Assembly: GCF_009914755.1 (NCBI RefSeq)
Contig: NC_060936.1
Origin: the human T2T-CHM13v2.0 reference genome, Homo sapiens
Direction: 5' to 3' (one strand)
DNA length: 64,000 nucleotides
Shown here: in pieces, positions 1 through 14,263 of the stretch
Layout: each line of letters begins with the position of its first letter
How positions within the stretch are numbered: the stretch's first letter is position 1
The notes under the pieces: model-generated
What the model was told of the DNA's origin: nothing
Seen by the model: the letters and a program-made list of their open reading frames with translations, nothing else
The model's database searches: none
Program-made: the position numbers and the translations under genes

Positions 1-2181
1 TTTGATGTATATATTCATTAAGTTCTACATTTATGAAGTACGCTTTGTGGAAAGTATTAATTTAAGTATTTAATACGAATATAATTCAGACACAGTATGT
101 CTACTGCTGATTAATGAAGAAGGGAATGTAAAAATATGTGCTGCATCATAAAGTAACTGCACTAATGAACATATGTGCAAGATGTAGTTCCCAATAGCAA
201 AGGAAGAGAAAGGGATTTTTGTTTGGTTGATTGATTTTCTCAGTCCTGTGGCAGAACAAAAAAGGCACATCAGAGAAGGAAGGCTGCCATCAGGGAAATG
301 ACTTTTGAGGCGGGTTTTGGAAGATGAGCTGGAGCTAGCAGAGGGGTGGTGAGGAAAGTAAGGCCTGTGCTGCTCCAGGTACTTTGCTAAGGGACATCAT
401 CTCACATCGGTTTTCTCCATACTCCTCCAACGTAGATGTCCTTAATCCTCATTTCAATGATGATGCAGCTGATTCGGATTTAAAGAAGTTTGCCTAAGGT
501 GACATCGCTATTCAGTGAGGGTACTAAGCTTTGAACCTAGGTATGTTTAACGCTAAAGCCTGTGAATTGCACCATAGTCATTGGTATCAGTAATGAAAAA
601 TCCAACGTGTTTGGTGAAATTCAAGTAGTGTAGTATCGCCAAGCACATGATACAAAGAGAAGCAACTGAAGTGCTGGAATGGAGGCATGTGATAATAAAA
701 AACCATCTATGCCATGACAAATACACTGGACTTTTTTCTGTAAGTAATGTGGAGCCCTGGGTGGGTTAGTTTTAGGCTGGCAATGACATCATGATTCCTA
801 AAGAAATTCAGGAGCTAAAATCAACAGCATATTTAGCTAATTATTTGACTTGAATTTCCATTCAAATTGGCTTTATTTTTTCCTGAATACGCAGTTGCTT
901 AGAAGTGCTTGAGTTCCATCCTGGTGCGTGCTGGCTATCAACCAACATAGGAGTAAAAATTCACCATGAGTAGTCAGCCAAAAGACACATGCAGATGCTT
1001 AGGAAAATAAATTATAAATATTTCTTATGTCTGCCAGTAGAATGAGAAGATTTTGCTATATTGTGTTTTTTGATAGTTGGCTTGTTTTACTGTATGCTTA
1101 TGAAAACATAAAGTAGCAGGACAACAGATCACATTGCCAAATGATTTCTAGGATTTGGCCCAAGGTTTGATGATCCCTCTGCCGCTTCTTGGCTTTGTAT
1201 GCTCAGAAGCACCCACCATCAGCTGTCAGCCCTGTGGCAAAAGGAGGAATGGGGTCAGAGTCAGGCAAACAGAAGCCAGAGCCAAGTGTTGTTCTGAGAA
1301 ATACTAGCATCTGTTTAGTGCAGTGAGTTCTCTGCTTTGTACTTGGCAACCCACTTGGGACTCATGCTGCAAAGGGGGCTGATGATTTAAAACTGAGGGA
1401 GGAGATCCAGAGGGGAGACCTTGGCTCATGAAACATCCTCTTCACCTCTGTGATGGGCCGTTCTTCATGTCCTACAGTTTGAACTAAAGAATGGCCTCGG
1501 CTTCTCCTGTGGATGTAAACATATTTTGTTGCAAGTGCCATTCGTTTTATTTGTTGTATACCTTTTCCTTCAAATATATTCCTGGCTAAACTCCTGGCTG
1601 TCTCTCCTGGAGTGTTTTTTTTTTTTTGTATTCTTGGGGTTGTAAGAATCAGGTTCATGTGGAGGTGTCTAGAAACAGGCTGGCTGGACAGGAAGGAAAT
1701 AGGTGGATATAGTTTTAAATTTATACACATCTTTTGGAGCCAGGAACTTCTACACAATCTAGCTTCTATGAGATAAAATTTGTGGTACGAAAGAGGAGTG
1801 GTAACATGAATAATAAGAGATTTTTTTTAAGTCTAGAAAACCTTAGATGTTGGGAGTGTAATCAAGCATTTTAGCCAGTCATTTTGAAAGGTAAGTGAGT
1901 TTAAATGAATTGAATACTCAGTTGTGAATTAGTGATACTGAACATGTACACTGTCTTATCAGTGTGTTTCATAGTGATTGGTAATGCCCAGATTTCCAAT
2001 TTGATACACAGTCCATTTTAAAAAGATATATGTGTGTATTTTATACGATGCTTTGTAGTTTTGAAGTTTTGAGATAAATTATTTAGAATCAAATGCTCAT
2101 GGAAATGTCTGTAATATTAAAATAGGTTTATTTCAAGATTATTAATTCATTTGTTCAACGAGTGTTATTGAGCGTCTGTTG

Positions 2182-2677
2182 TGCCGAACCCTCATTAACC
2201 TCAATAGGGAAGGTACTAGGTTCAAGAGGCTGAAGAAGAGACCCCGAGCCAACAAAGGAGACATGGAGTTTCATTAGGAGCTTACATACAGTGGAGAGAG
2301 TCAGTGGCAGTGGGCTGGACAGGAGAACCAACTTACCTACAGAAATGATCCAGTGGTGGCAGGCTGGGCAGGAAAACCGCAACCACTTGCAAACAGCATG
2401 CAGTTTATGTAGCATTTTCACTTAACACTCTCTCCTTTATGACCTCCACCTGGCAACCCTCATTAACCCCAAACTCAGGGCCTCATTCCTCTGTATGGCC
2501 CATGTTCCATGGGATGGGATGGGGTTTCAGATGTTCCTCACAGACAAAGAACAAATCTTCGGGCTGTCCACTAGATTCCCTAGCTTGGGACACACTTTCA
2601 GGTGTGTCTACTGTACAGGGTCATTCTAAGGGTTTGCTTAAGTTTACCCTACAGCATCATTCACGTCTGCTCTCTCA
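2182..2677 (-). mobile_element. ERV1-class solo LTR (MER83/MER84-like), inserted in an old L2
   Basis: Reverse complement reads ...AACTTAAGCAAACCCTTAGAATGACCCTGTACAGTAGACACACCTGAA..., resembling recalled MER83/84 5' sequence. L2-like sequence lies on both sides. Boundaries approximate. Confidence 0.5.
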
Positions 2678-2743
2678 TGTGCTTGCGATACAGTGACCAT
2701 CAACACAAGGGCCCTGGTCTCCAGGAACTTACACTCTGTAGAG

Positions 2744-2912
2744 CAGTGTTTTTCAAAGTGTGGTTCCCAGATCATTAGTATCAGTGTGCTGGGAATTGCT
2801 AGAAATGCAAATTCTCAAGTCCCCGGCCTAGACCTATTGAATCTGAAACTCTGAGAGTGGGGTTCAGCAATTTGTCTTTTAACAGGTGATTGTGAAAGTT
2901 TGAGAACTACTG
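2744..2912. mobile_element. MER5A-like hAT-Charlie DNA transposon relic
   Basis: Ends CAGTGTTTTTCAAAGTGTGG and AAAGTTTGAGAACTACTG are inverted relative to each other; internal AGAAATGCAAATTCTC and GAATCTGAAACTCTG motifs are typical of MER5A. Confidence 0.75.
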
Positions 2913-5330
2913 CAAAAGACAGATAATTAACTGATGATTATTAAGTATGCCAGAAAAGGCTGAGTTTTACAAAGAAAATAAAACAGGGAAAGAAGATGGA
3001 CAGTGTAAAAGTGTGTAGCTTTTGGGGTGTTGTCTTTGTCTTTGAGCACTTGACTGATGTGAGAATATCTGGGAGGAAAGCTTTGTGGTTATCTCGGTTA
3101 GAGATTTTAGTGAGTTGAGGCACGGTTGGAATTGTGATGTCTTTAGAAGGGCTGAACCTCCAGAATTTGCTGTTGAATAAATTGGAAATGTGATGTGAGA
3201 GGGCAGAATGATCCTAAGGTTGTTGATGGTACCTACTGATCTCTGATGTTACCTCATAGTAAGATGGGAAAAAATGAAATGGGGTGGGGCAGGGAAAAGC
3301 AGACTTTGGGGGAAGAATAACACATTTTATTTTAGAAAAGTTGTTTCAAAAGCTCATTAGCCATGTGTGAAGCTATATTTGTGAGTATGCCATTCATGGG
3401 GAAGGTTGGCACTGGGAATATTAACTGGGGAGTCATGGTCATATAAATGGTATTTTAAAAAACTAGTTAGCCTGAGATCACCAAGGGAATGAATGCACAT
3501 GGAGGAGGTCTAAATACCAAGTCCTGGGGTATACCTGGGGGGTGGGGTGGGTGGCATTAGGCTAAAGATAGTGAAAATTCTAATGAATGATAAGTAATAT
3601 TTTGCTATGTTGATCTTGAGATTGATATGTTGAAATGGCAGCATCCTAGACCAATCCCAAGTTTAATGCCTTCCTTGAAGTTGCCATGTTTCTGTTTCGG
3701 AGTCCTTGGTGCCACAGGTCCCCCTTGACTTTCACAGGCCAGGGCTTCTTGCCATACAGGTAAGTGTTCTCCCTTCCCAGCTTATGGGATCCAGACTCAT
3801 CAGCTGCCCGCTGTAGGTTGTCCTTAAAACTTAGAGAATATGCAGAGAGCATACACAATTCTGCTTAGAGGAGGAGCACTCTCCTTTTCCTCTTGTCTCA
3901 GTTGTGATCTTGTCTTCTTTCTCTAATTTCCTTTTCCTCTATTGAACTTTCAACAGGCAAATTCTTTGGTCTGCAGAGCCAAAAGAATAATTGTCTTTCT
4001 TTTTAAGTTAATAGTACTTAGATCATTTTGACAGTTGTCTTATTTATTACCACTTACACAGAGGCATTTCTTAATGTTGAATTCAAATGTTGATTTTTAG
4101 TGTCCTAGACCTTGATATTTTCTGATTTGAATACCCTGAGCTGTTGACCAAAGCAACAATGAAATTTATAATTTCTTAACGGGTGTGTGATTCTTGGGAT
4201 TTCTTTCAGAAAACAATACTTCCCTGATGTAGGAATGTATCACTTAAAGTAAAAAATGTTTTTAAAATTTGAATTATAGAAGAGAATAATCAGTGGATGA
4301 TTCACTTCGTAGAAAAGTTCTTTGCTTTAAAATGACTCATCAAGTGCTATTGGGAACATTTAAAATGTTATTTCAATTGCACATACTCTTTAGGAAGATA
4401 CAAGTTTATTACTTTATATGTGTGTATCACTGATAAAAGGTATTTTCATATATTTAACAAAAATTTAAAGGGAGGAATGGTTAAATGACTGTCTAAGGAC
4501 TCATACCTCTTTAGTGGGCAACCAAGTCTTGAACCCTAGTTACCAGTTGTCATGTTTACTTGTAGAACTACCATCACGGCCCCAGGGGAACAGCTTAAGA
4601 AAGGGATAGGAGGAATAAAATGGAAGCACTCTATAGAATAAGTCTTCATCTGTACTCCTGATTTAACAAATTCTGATATTACCCACTGTGTTTAGGTTTC
4701 AGTGACAAGTTTTCGTAGCAGTTGCGGCTGCATTTAGCTCTTCACATCCTCCCAATTCTAAAACTGCAAGGTATTGTAACGATAATCTGTCCCATTTCCT
4801 CGTTTTTGAATGAGAAAACCACAGCCTAGAGTAGCCATTACTTGCCAAAGCTTTTTTTCTTAGAAGAGAGGGGGGATCTTCAGTTATCTTCTAGAATGTG
4901 ACAAAATTTTGCCAAGATCATGGTGCGTGCTCACTAAAAGATGATGAAGTTTATTGCCTAAATCTCAAATTCAGTCAAGATGCTACTTAGGCCAGCTTTT
5001 AAAATTTGTATAATAGCTAGTTTTTTATTTAAATTTTTAAATTGTGAAACAGATCACAAATTAAAGAGCACATATAACATATATAGTATTACATATGCAT
5101 ATCATTTAAAAATATTTTATATATAGCTATATATCTTATGTAAGTTATTTTTACTATAAGAATAATAATAAAATATAAAATGAACACACAGGCATCAACC
5201 ATTGAGTCTAAGAAGTAACCATTCCACAATCTTGGAAAGCCCCTGTGGGTCCCTAATCTGTCTCACCCCATTCCTTGCCCTCAGAGGTAACCTCTGTGCA
5301 CTACCCTCTTGTGGTTAGAAGATGGAGCTA

Positions 5331-5618
5331 GGCCGGGCTCGGTGGCTCACGCCTGTAATCCCAGCACTTTGGGAGACTGAGGCGGGTGGATCACCTGAGG
5401 TTGGTAGTTCAAGACCAGCCTGACCAACACGGAGAAACCCCGTCTCTGCTAAAAATACAAAAAGCCAGACATGGTGGTGCATGCCTGTAATCTCAGCTAC
5501 TCGGGAGGCTGAGGCAGGAGAATCGCTTGAACCCAGGAGGCGGAGGTTGTGGTGAGCCGAGATCCACCATTGCACTCCAGCCTGGGCAACAAGAGTGAAA
5601 CTCTGTCTCCAACAAAAA
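5331..5618 (+). mobile_element. Full-length Alu (AluSp-like)
   Basis: GGCCGGG start; Sp-type ACCAACACGGAGAAACCCC and GGCAACAAGAG; 14-bp TSD AGAAGATGGAGCTA at 5317-5330 and 5619-5632. Confidence 0.93.
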
Positions 5619-7360
5619 AGAAGATGGAGCTACATTACTGCTCCGGAGCCTTGGGCAAGTTATTATTCTCCCTGTGCGTCAGTTTCCTCATCTGTATAAA
5701 AGGAATAGTAATATATGTGTTGTGAGGACTGAATGAGGTCACCCAGGAAGTGTGCTTACAAAAATATGTTGTGTAGTCATCATCGTTTACTATTCTTGTT
5801 ACTATCATCATGTTCAGTTTTACATTTGAAGGACTTGTAATGTTGCCAACAAGATGGAGTTTGAGGGACTAAAATTGATTTTAAGAATAATAATGTTGTT
5901 GTTCCTTTTTCAAATCTTTTAACATGGAAACATTCTGATTTGATTGGGGGGGGGGGGCTTTTGACATCATCTGTTTCACCTTATCACTGTGTACTTTCAA
6001 AATATCTTCAAGATGCTTTCATTGAGGCAACAAGAAAATTGTTTTGAACAAAGACCCTTTAGCGTCAGTCACTATTTCAGAATATAACACCAGTCATTGT
6101 TTATATGATTTACTCTTAATAGGATTTTGATATTCTGCTGTGTAACGTTGCTGCTGACTGAATGTCTTTGAAGACAGTAAAATTTGACCGACTACAAAAT
6201 ATTACTTCATTTTTGGGGGGTTTAGTCTGTTTGGTAAGGTTACTAAAGAGTACTTCTAAAAGTATGAGAGGATAAAGGATTGAGATATAAGAGAAAAGTT
6301 GACAAAATCAGAAAACTGTGCAATGAGGTAATGAGTAACCAAAACTTGCTATCTTATCAGTACTGAGAACTGCAGAAAAATTTCTTACTTGGAGATTTGT
6401 GCTTTTCTTTGAGTATTCATAAATAAGAGTGAAAAACAATAATCACTTTTCTCAGTAAAAGAAAACAACCTTATACTTGAGGACTTTTGTTTCAAAGTTG
6501 GTAAGGCTTTGGATACTAATATAAAATTCACCAGTAAAGTATTTTGAAACTCTTAATGCCACCTGTGCTTCTGAATTCATATGAAGATTATTGTTTGAGA
6601 CCTCTGTGGTGACATGGACATCACACTTGAGGGGTGAGACATATCTTCACCTTCTTTACACACTGGCTCATCTTCTATTTAGTTGATACTATTGTTCCTC
6701 AATAAAATTATTTTTCTCTCTATTGATATTATTTTCAAGTTGACTTCTAGTCAGCAACTCTGTAAGTATCTTTTTATTGGCTTTTAGATTCTGTATTTTA
6801 AATGAGCCAGCAATATTTCAATTTCATTGAGATTGCATTATATCATTTTGAAAACTTATTTGCCTGTGATTAAATTTTTGAACAATGTCTGGGATCTAAA
6901 AACTCACTTGAAAATCATTTTTTAAATCAAATTTTTTAAAAAAAGTGTTACAATTATAGCAAGTCATCATGGAAAAATAAAGTAATATGGGTATGTATAA
7001 TATGCCTTCTAAACCTCTAAGCATCTGGAAGCAGAGATCCATGTTCTGTGAATGACCTACTAATCTTCTTAATGAGTTCATAGCAAGGCATGTGGTATTT
7101 GCGATAGAAAAGACTCAGTAAAAGCTGTCTTCCATTCAGTTTTTGAAAAGTGAATGGATGCCAGTTTATGTTATTTCCTATAGTGCCTATCTTAAACTGA
7201 TTTTTTTTTTTTTTACTTGCTGAATCTCATTTCATGTCAATATGAGTTTTGTATTGGTAATATAGTGTTTGTAATTGATGATGTAGCCAACTCCTTTATT
7301 GAAGTAAACTGTGAAGCTAATAAAACATCTTCATGTTTTAAGGCCATTAGGAGACATTTT

Positions 7361-7364
<4 letters not shown>

Positions 7365-7408
<44 letters not shown>
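7365..7408. repeat. (TG)22 microsatellite occupying the tail of the adjacent Alu
   Basis: Pure TG run directly abutting the 3' end of the minus-strand Alu. Confidence 0.95.
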
Positions 7409-7740
<332 letters not shown>

Positions 7741-9853
7741 TAATTAAATAGCTTCTAAACATTTGAGAAGATGAATGGATCACTCGTTTCTAAATGGATA
7801 GCCAGGAGAGTTAGTTAAGTATTTCTGATCTTATAGTGAATGATAATGTTTGTACAACCTAATAGTTGCCCCTTTTCCTTTCTTTTTCTTCTCTAATAAT
7901 AATAGCAAAAACATTGTTTCTGGCATTCAGTGAGTGCCAGATAAATAGAAAGGCTATGAGCTTGATGCACAGTTTCTTTTCTTTTTCCTGGGTCCTCTCT
8001 CCTCCCAACCTACATTTCTTGGCATCTTTCCGCTGTCTGTTTGTTAGAGTTCTGACTCTGACGTCAAGGACTCACAGTGAGTGACCCCCGTGGCAAACCT
8101 GTAAAACATTATACAACATGAATAAGAACTTTCTTATTAGATCTGCAGCTGGCTGAGTACAGACATATGGCAGCAAGGATGTTTTGGAAGAAAGGCATTG
8201 CTTGACAAAGAACCCAGTCTCTTGAATAAAGGTTTATACTGGCACTCTTTGATGTTTATAATACCCGATGCCAGGGGCAAAACTTTTTTCCCCCCATTAT
8301 ATTGTTATTTTACTGTTTAAACCCCATCATTTTATATGTTGCGGTGGCTAAAATGTAGAAGCAGACATTTTATGTGTGTCTGTATAACTTTAAAAGGAAA
8401 AAAAAAAAAAAGCAAAACTCAAAAAACTTTCTCAGGCTCTGTCTACCCGGCTGTAAGTGTTCGATTTTCTGAGGCTGAGACTCAGATTGAAAGTGAGGGA
8501 GTTTGTAAGAATGGGCCCAGTCCTTTTGAGCAGGTTTTAAAAGGATGATTAAAGGGTACATAGGCTTTGTAATGCCCTGACAACTTTAATTGTTTCTTTT
8601 GGTGGTTGTCCTTTTTATCGTGAGTAGTTGTTCTCAGTTGCTAAAAATTTAGGCTGGGAATAATTTCCAACCTAGGAGGTTGTCACACTGATTTGCATTT
8701 GGTTTGTTATTTCTTAGTCTTTTCAATGCAGCCCTGCTTTCATCTTACTCCCTTTCTCAAACCCCAGCTACTGACATTATGTACATGGTTGTGTTTTGTG
8801 ATCTGTGCTAGCACACTGGTGTTGAATAATATATTGTGAAATATTCTGATGGTGACAATTCGGTAGTTGCCCCAGGAGGAATGATGACACTTTGAATCAG
8901 AGGCACAAGGACAGAGAAGTTCAACCTAGTGGAGAGCCAAGGTAAATGAATGAAAGCTTCTGCCTCCACAAGGAATATCTAAGTCCTTTTAGCATGGTTC
9001 TTTGCAACCTTGATTATGTTTATAATGTTCAAAATCTTTGATGAGGCCATTGTCTTCCTAGTACTTACTGCATCTACAATAATTTAGTCATAAGATATTG
9101 ATAAATAAGGTATGCCCATTGGACATGCCTGATGGGATTTTAATTAACATCTGCCTTTGACAACTGAAACAACTGAAGGGAGGGAGAGGTACATGACTTT
9201 TGCAGAGCACATATTATGACAGACGCTAGGGGTATAACATCTAGCAAATAGGTACTTGATGACATTTTTATGAATACTATGATTTATCAAAATAAGTATA
9301 TCCTGAGAAGTATATATTTATAGATGAAACAGAGTATTTACAGAGAATAGACTCTAGTTTAGAGAAACTGAAGAGCATTAGTAAAAGTGTTAATAAGAAT
9401 AATATTTTAAGTACTATGAGGGACTTTTTTCCTGGTTTTTAGGTTTTCATGTTAAAAATTCATGAGCAGGACAGATATGTTTGTCTTGTTGATTTTATCT
9501 CTATAACGGGAATTCAAATTTTAAATATGTTCTAGAATCATGAAAGTCATGGCTAGAAAGGTCTTGGAGATTATCTAATTGAGGAGTCCCAAATCTCTAA
9601 ATAAAATCTACCAGAAGAATCATAGGTCAATTACTACATGTATAATTGTTCCAAATAGGTTTTTCCAGAAAGTGCAGAAGGTAGCACAGTCCTCACCAAG
9701 TTCTTTCATTCAGCAAGTGCTATCAATACCACTTACCAAGCATATATTTTACTTGGAGAAAATGAAAATTGCTCCATCCATAATTGGTTGAGAGCCCCTT
9801 TAGGTATAATAATAATCTTCCCTATTATGTAGTTGAGAAAACTGAGACCCATA

Positions 9854-10303
9854 TACTAAGAGTTGAATTGTGTTTTCCCCAAAAGATATGTTGATATCCT
9901 AAGCCCTAACACCTCAGAATGTTACCTTATTTGGAAATAGGGTCTTTGCAGAGGTAACCAAGTTAAAATGAAGTCATTATGGTGGGTCCTAATTCAACAT
10001 GACTGGTATCATTATAAAAAAGAGAAATTTGGACACAGACACCCCTGGAGGGCAGATGGCCATCTGAAGACAGAGAATTCTAATGATGCATCTACAAGCC
10101 AAGGAACCCCAAGAATTGCCAGCAAACCAAACAGAAGCCAGGGAGAGGCAAGGATTCTTCTCTTACAGATGTGAGAGAGCATAGGCCTGTTGACATCTAG
10201 ATTTCAGACTTCCAGCCTCTAGAACTGTGAGATAATAAATTACTGTTGTTCTAAACCACTGAATTTGTTTACCTAGTTATGACAGCTCTAGCAAACTAAT
10301 ACA
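9854..10303 (+). mobile_element. MLT1C-like MaLR solo LTR, interrupting a MIR
   Basis: GTTGAATTGTG...CTTATTTGGAAATAGGGTCTTTGCAGA...AGAACTGTGAGATAATAAAT...GCAAACTAATACA; imperfect 5-bp TSD CCATA/TCATA. Confidence 0.85.
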
Positions 10304-10965
10304 TCATAGATATTAGTAGTCATGGTCTCCTGGAGAAGTAATTAGCAAGGTAGTCAAGTCTGGAACCCAGTTTAATTCCCAGGTTCAGTGCTCAATGCCT
10401 GTCTCTAGAAATAAAACTTTTTAATTTCTTTTGCTGTAAAGATAAATGCACCGTAATTCACAAATTGTTATGAGGACTATTTTTCTGTTGTCCATTTTTT
10501 TGGTTATCTTTTTACTGACTTATTTCATTTATAACACAATCTTGAAGTCTGATAATTTCAGGTACAGACTTCATTTATTAAAATAAAAACTCAAACTTGA
10601 GGAGACGAAAGTTATTCGATCATTTCTTTCACTTCCCACAGTTGGTTAATGAAATCTGGAGAATAATATAATTGTTATATCTTTTTCTTTGCTTAGCGTA
10701 AACACTCAAACTATAAGTTATAGCTGATAACACTCAAATTATAACTTATAAGCTGTACCATAATTCATAGTAGTCAATGAATTAGTCAGCTAAACTTGAA
10801 CATATTACTACAACTTATGGGCATACCCAACTCCAGATAGTAGAAATAAGACTCAGAGTATACATTTCATGAGATAAATCTAATGTGAGTATCCAATAAT
10901 AGATTCAAATATTTTTCAAGAATTGACTATGAGTCTGTGAATATATATTAATGACTATACAATAC

Positions 10966-11108
10966 TTTTTTTTTTTTTTTTTAAGAGATGGGGTCTCACT
11001 GTGTAACTCAGGCTGGACTCTAGCTCCTGAGCTCAAATGATTTTCCCACTCTTAGCTCAGCCACACTCTGCGTAGCTGGAACTATAGGTGTATGCCATCA
11101 CGCCTAGC
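10966..11108 (-). mobile_element. Old Alu monomer (FLAM-like)
   Basis: Poly-T followed by GAGATGGGGTCTCACTGTG...GTAGCTGGAACTATAGGTG; monomer length. Confidence 0.75.
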
Positions 11109-12907
11109 TTAAAATATATTTTATTAAGAATTGGTGCTATGGAAAAGTATTGCTTCAACCATTTCCCCCTTTTCAAGCTAAAATTAATTAGTAATTTAAA
11201 AAGAGACATGAACATCAACAAATTAAACAATGGAACAAGGATCATTCAAGTCCTCCTATAGGCCTCTTGATCTGTACATTAATTGGAATAATGGTCTGTT
11301 CTTTTTGTAGAAATTAATCATGTTCTTAAACACCTCCATGCAGTGTAAGTTCTGACTGTTTAATTAAAACTTTATAGTAAGCTCAAACTGGGATCCTGAA
11401 AATGAAAAGATATTTTTTGTTATCTGGTTCAGGTTTTTGTTAGGATGAGCACTCTCCCTTATGATAATCCAGAGGTCTGCTCCTTTGAAATGTCACCCCA
11501 AAGTAGGTTGCTTGAAGTTCCCAGAGGCTAAGAGGGTTCCCCCTATCAGGACATAGTTATGACACCTACACAGCTCCCCTCTTAGCTTCATCCCTCTTAG
11601 AAGAGTTTCTATTTATCTTCATATTCTGAGACGAAATTGTTCCATTTATTCTACTAACCTCAGCAAAAGCTGGTTATGTTAAAAACAAACAAACCAAAAA
11701 ACCTAACTGCATCTAGGTAAACATTTTCCCATATTTGTTCTTGCAAGATGGCTGATAAGGCATTATAAGTGGTGATCCCTTTATTCCATCATTACAGGAA
11801 AAAATAATGTTTATTTGATGTGAAGGGGAAAAATTAAAATTAAAGATAATTCTATACTTCGGATACTTGACCATATTAAATTTACAAAATGTATAGTTGA
11901 GTTTTAAAATCACAATATAAGTAGATTTCTTCTACTCACAATCATTATATTAGATAAGAAGGTACTCCTCTTGATCTCTCCTTTGCTCCATCATAAAATC
12001 CTTACTAGATGGGTAAGACGGTAGTTGTGATAAGACAGTAGTAGCCTATCCTGTCTTATACGTTTCTGTGAAGCCCAGAGAGGTGACATGAATTTCTGAA
12101 GGTTGCAGAACTGAGACTTAAAACTTAGTGTGAAATTTATTCTGTTGGAAAAAAAAATTGCACTGTAACTATTTCTTTGAACTTTGGGAAGTATATCCTT
12201 ATTAGAGAATTACAGTGTCAAGACATTGCGCTATTATTAAACAAATGATACCACTATTTTGACAAGAGTGGTACTTTCCAAAATACCTAAGAAGTTAATT
12301 GAAGACTTGGAATTATCAGAGGATTTATTTTATGTTGAAAATTCTGACTTATTTTTAAATTGTTTATTCCATCTCATAAACTTCTATTTGTTATTTAATT
12401 TTAGGAACTTTGAAATAAAAGTTTTTTTTTTTAATATATCTTATGTCCTGTGTGCAAGTCTAATGGATAGATCTGTACCTTGAAGTTCCAACTTCTGCCC
12501 TCAGAGATGAAAGTGACAAACAGCAAAATATGGAGCAGATACATTGAAAACTTTAAGAAACTTAATTTTTATTTAGTTTGTGCTTATTTACTAATATGTT
12601 CTCTGAATGCAAAGTAAGTATACATGTAGAGTCATCTTTATGAAAAGCTATATAAAGAGCTATAAATAAAAGGGATAGATAGGTAAGACAAAAAAAGGCA
12701 CACTGACAAAATCTGCGGTAAGAAATATAATGAGTTAGATTCTAGGCATTTGTCTTATTTAACATGGAGTAATTTGTGGATATATATATATTGTGTGGGT
12801 ATTTGAAATTTATGTAGTTATTTTAAATCATGTAATTTATTTATGCAATTATTTTATATTTATGTTAACTTATTTATGTAATGATTTTACATTTATTAAG
12901 CTGACGA

Positions 12908-12983
12908 TTATGGTATATGGAACTTAAAGGTATAAATATACCCATTTATGGTATATGGAACTGAAAGGAATAAATCTATCCAT
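12908..12983. repeat. Imperfect 38-bp tandem duplication
   Basis: TTATGGTATATGGAACT(T/G)AAAGG(T/A)ATAAAT(A/C)TA(C/T)CCAT at 12908 and 12946. Confidence 0.85.
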
Positions 12984-13083
12984 TTACCAATCAGTCTGAG
13001 AGATTCTCTGGTTTCTTACAAATACAGATTGGCAACACCGATGTGGTTAAACATGACAGGCAAATAACTACCATTCAATGTGA

Positions 13084-13453
<370 letters not shown>

Positions 13454-13926
13454 AGTTTCTTTTTATTGAAAGTTTGTCAACACAGTCAACAAGAATATAT
13501 TAAGCGTCCCATGCTATATTGAGATAACTTTCAAACATAATACAATTATGGTAGTAATAATAATTTGGAACTTCAACTATACTACTTGACATTTTAGCAT
13601 TTATGTAATTAATTAGTTAACTAACTTGTAGGTGCCAGGCACAGCTAGGCCTACCATTAAGGAGTTTGCTTTTTTTTCAAGATAGTTATTTATAGTACAG
13701 TATGAAAAGTACACAAATTTTGAGCAGTATTTTCCTTTTTTCATGGCTTCCCTTATTCAACTTCTTTAAGTAAGTAAAATTCCACCTCAGAAATGGTTAT
13801 CCATGTTCCCTATCTCCTCCATTCCTATTGTCTCTGCCTTGACTCAAGACCTCCTTATCTCTTGCCTGGATTATAGAACTGTGTCATAACAGGTCTTTCT
13901 GCTTGGAGTTACCCACCTTCACTTGA

Positions 13927-14263
<337 letters not shown>

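Noticed and set aside
3526-3554. G-quadruplex-like GGGG tract cluster (also G12 at 5946-5957)
   Set aside because: Isolated, within or near old repeats, with no context suggesting function.
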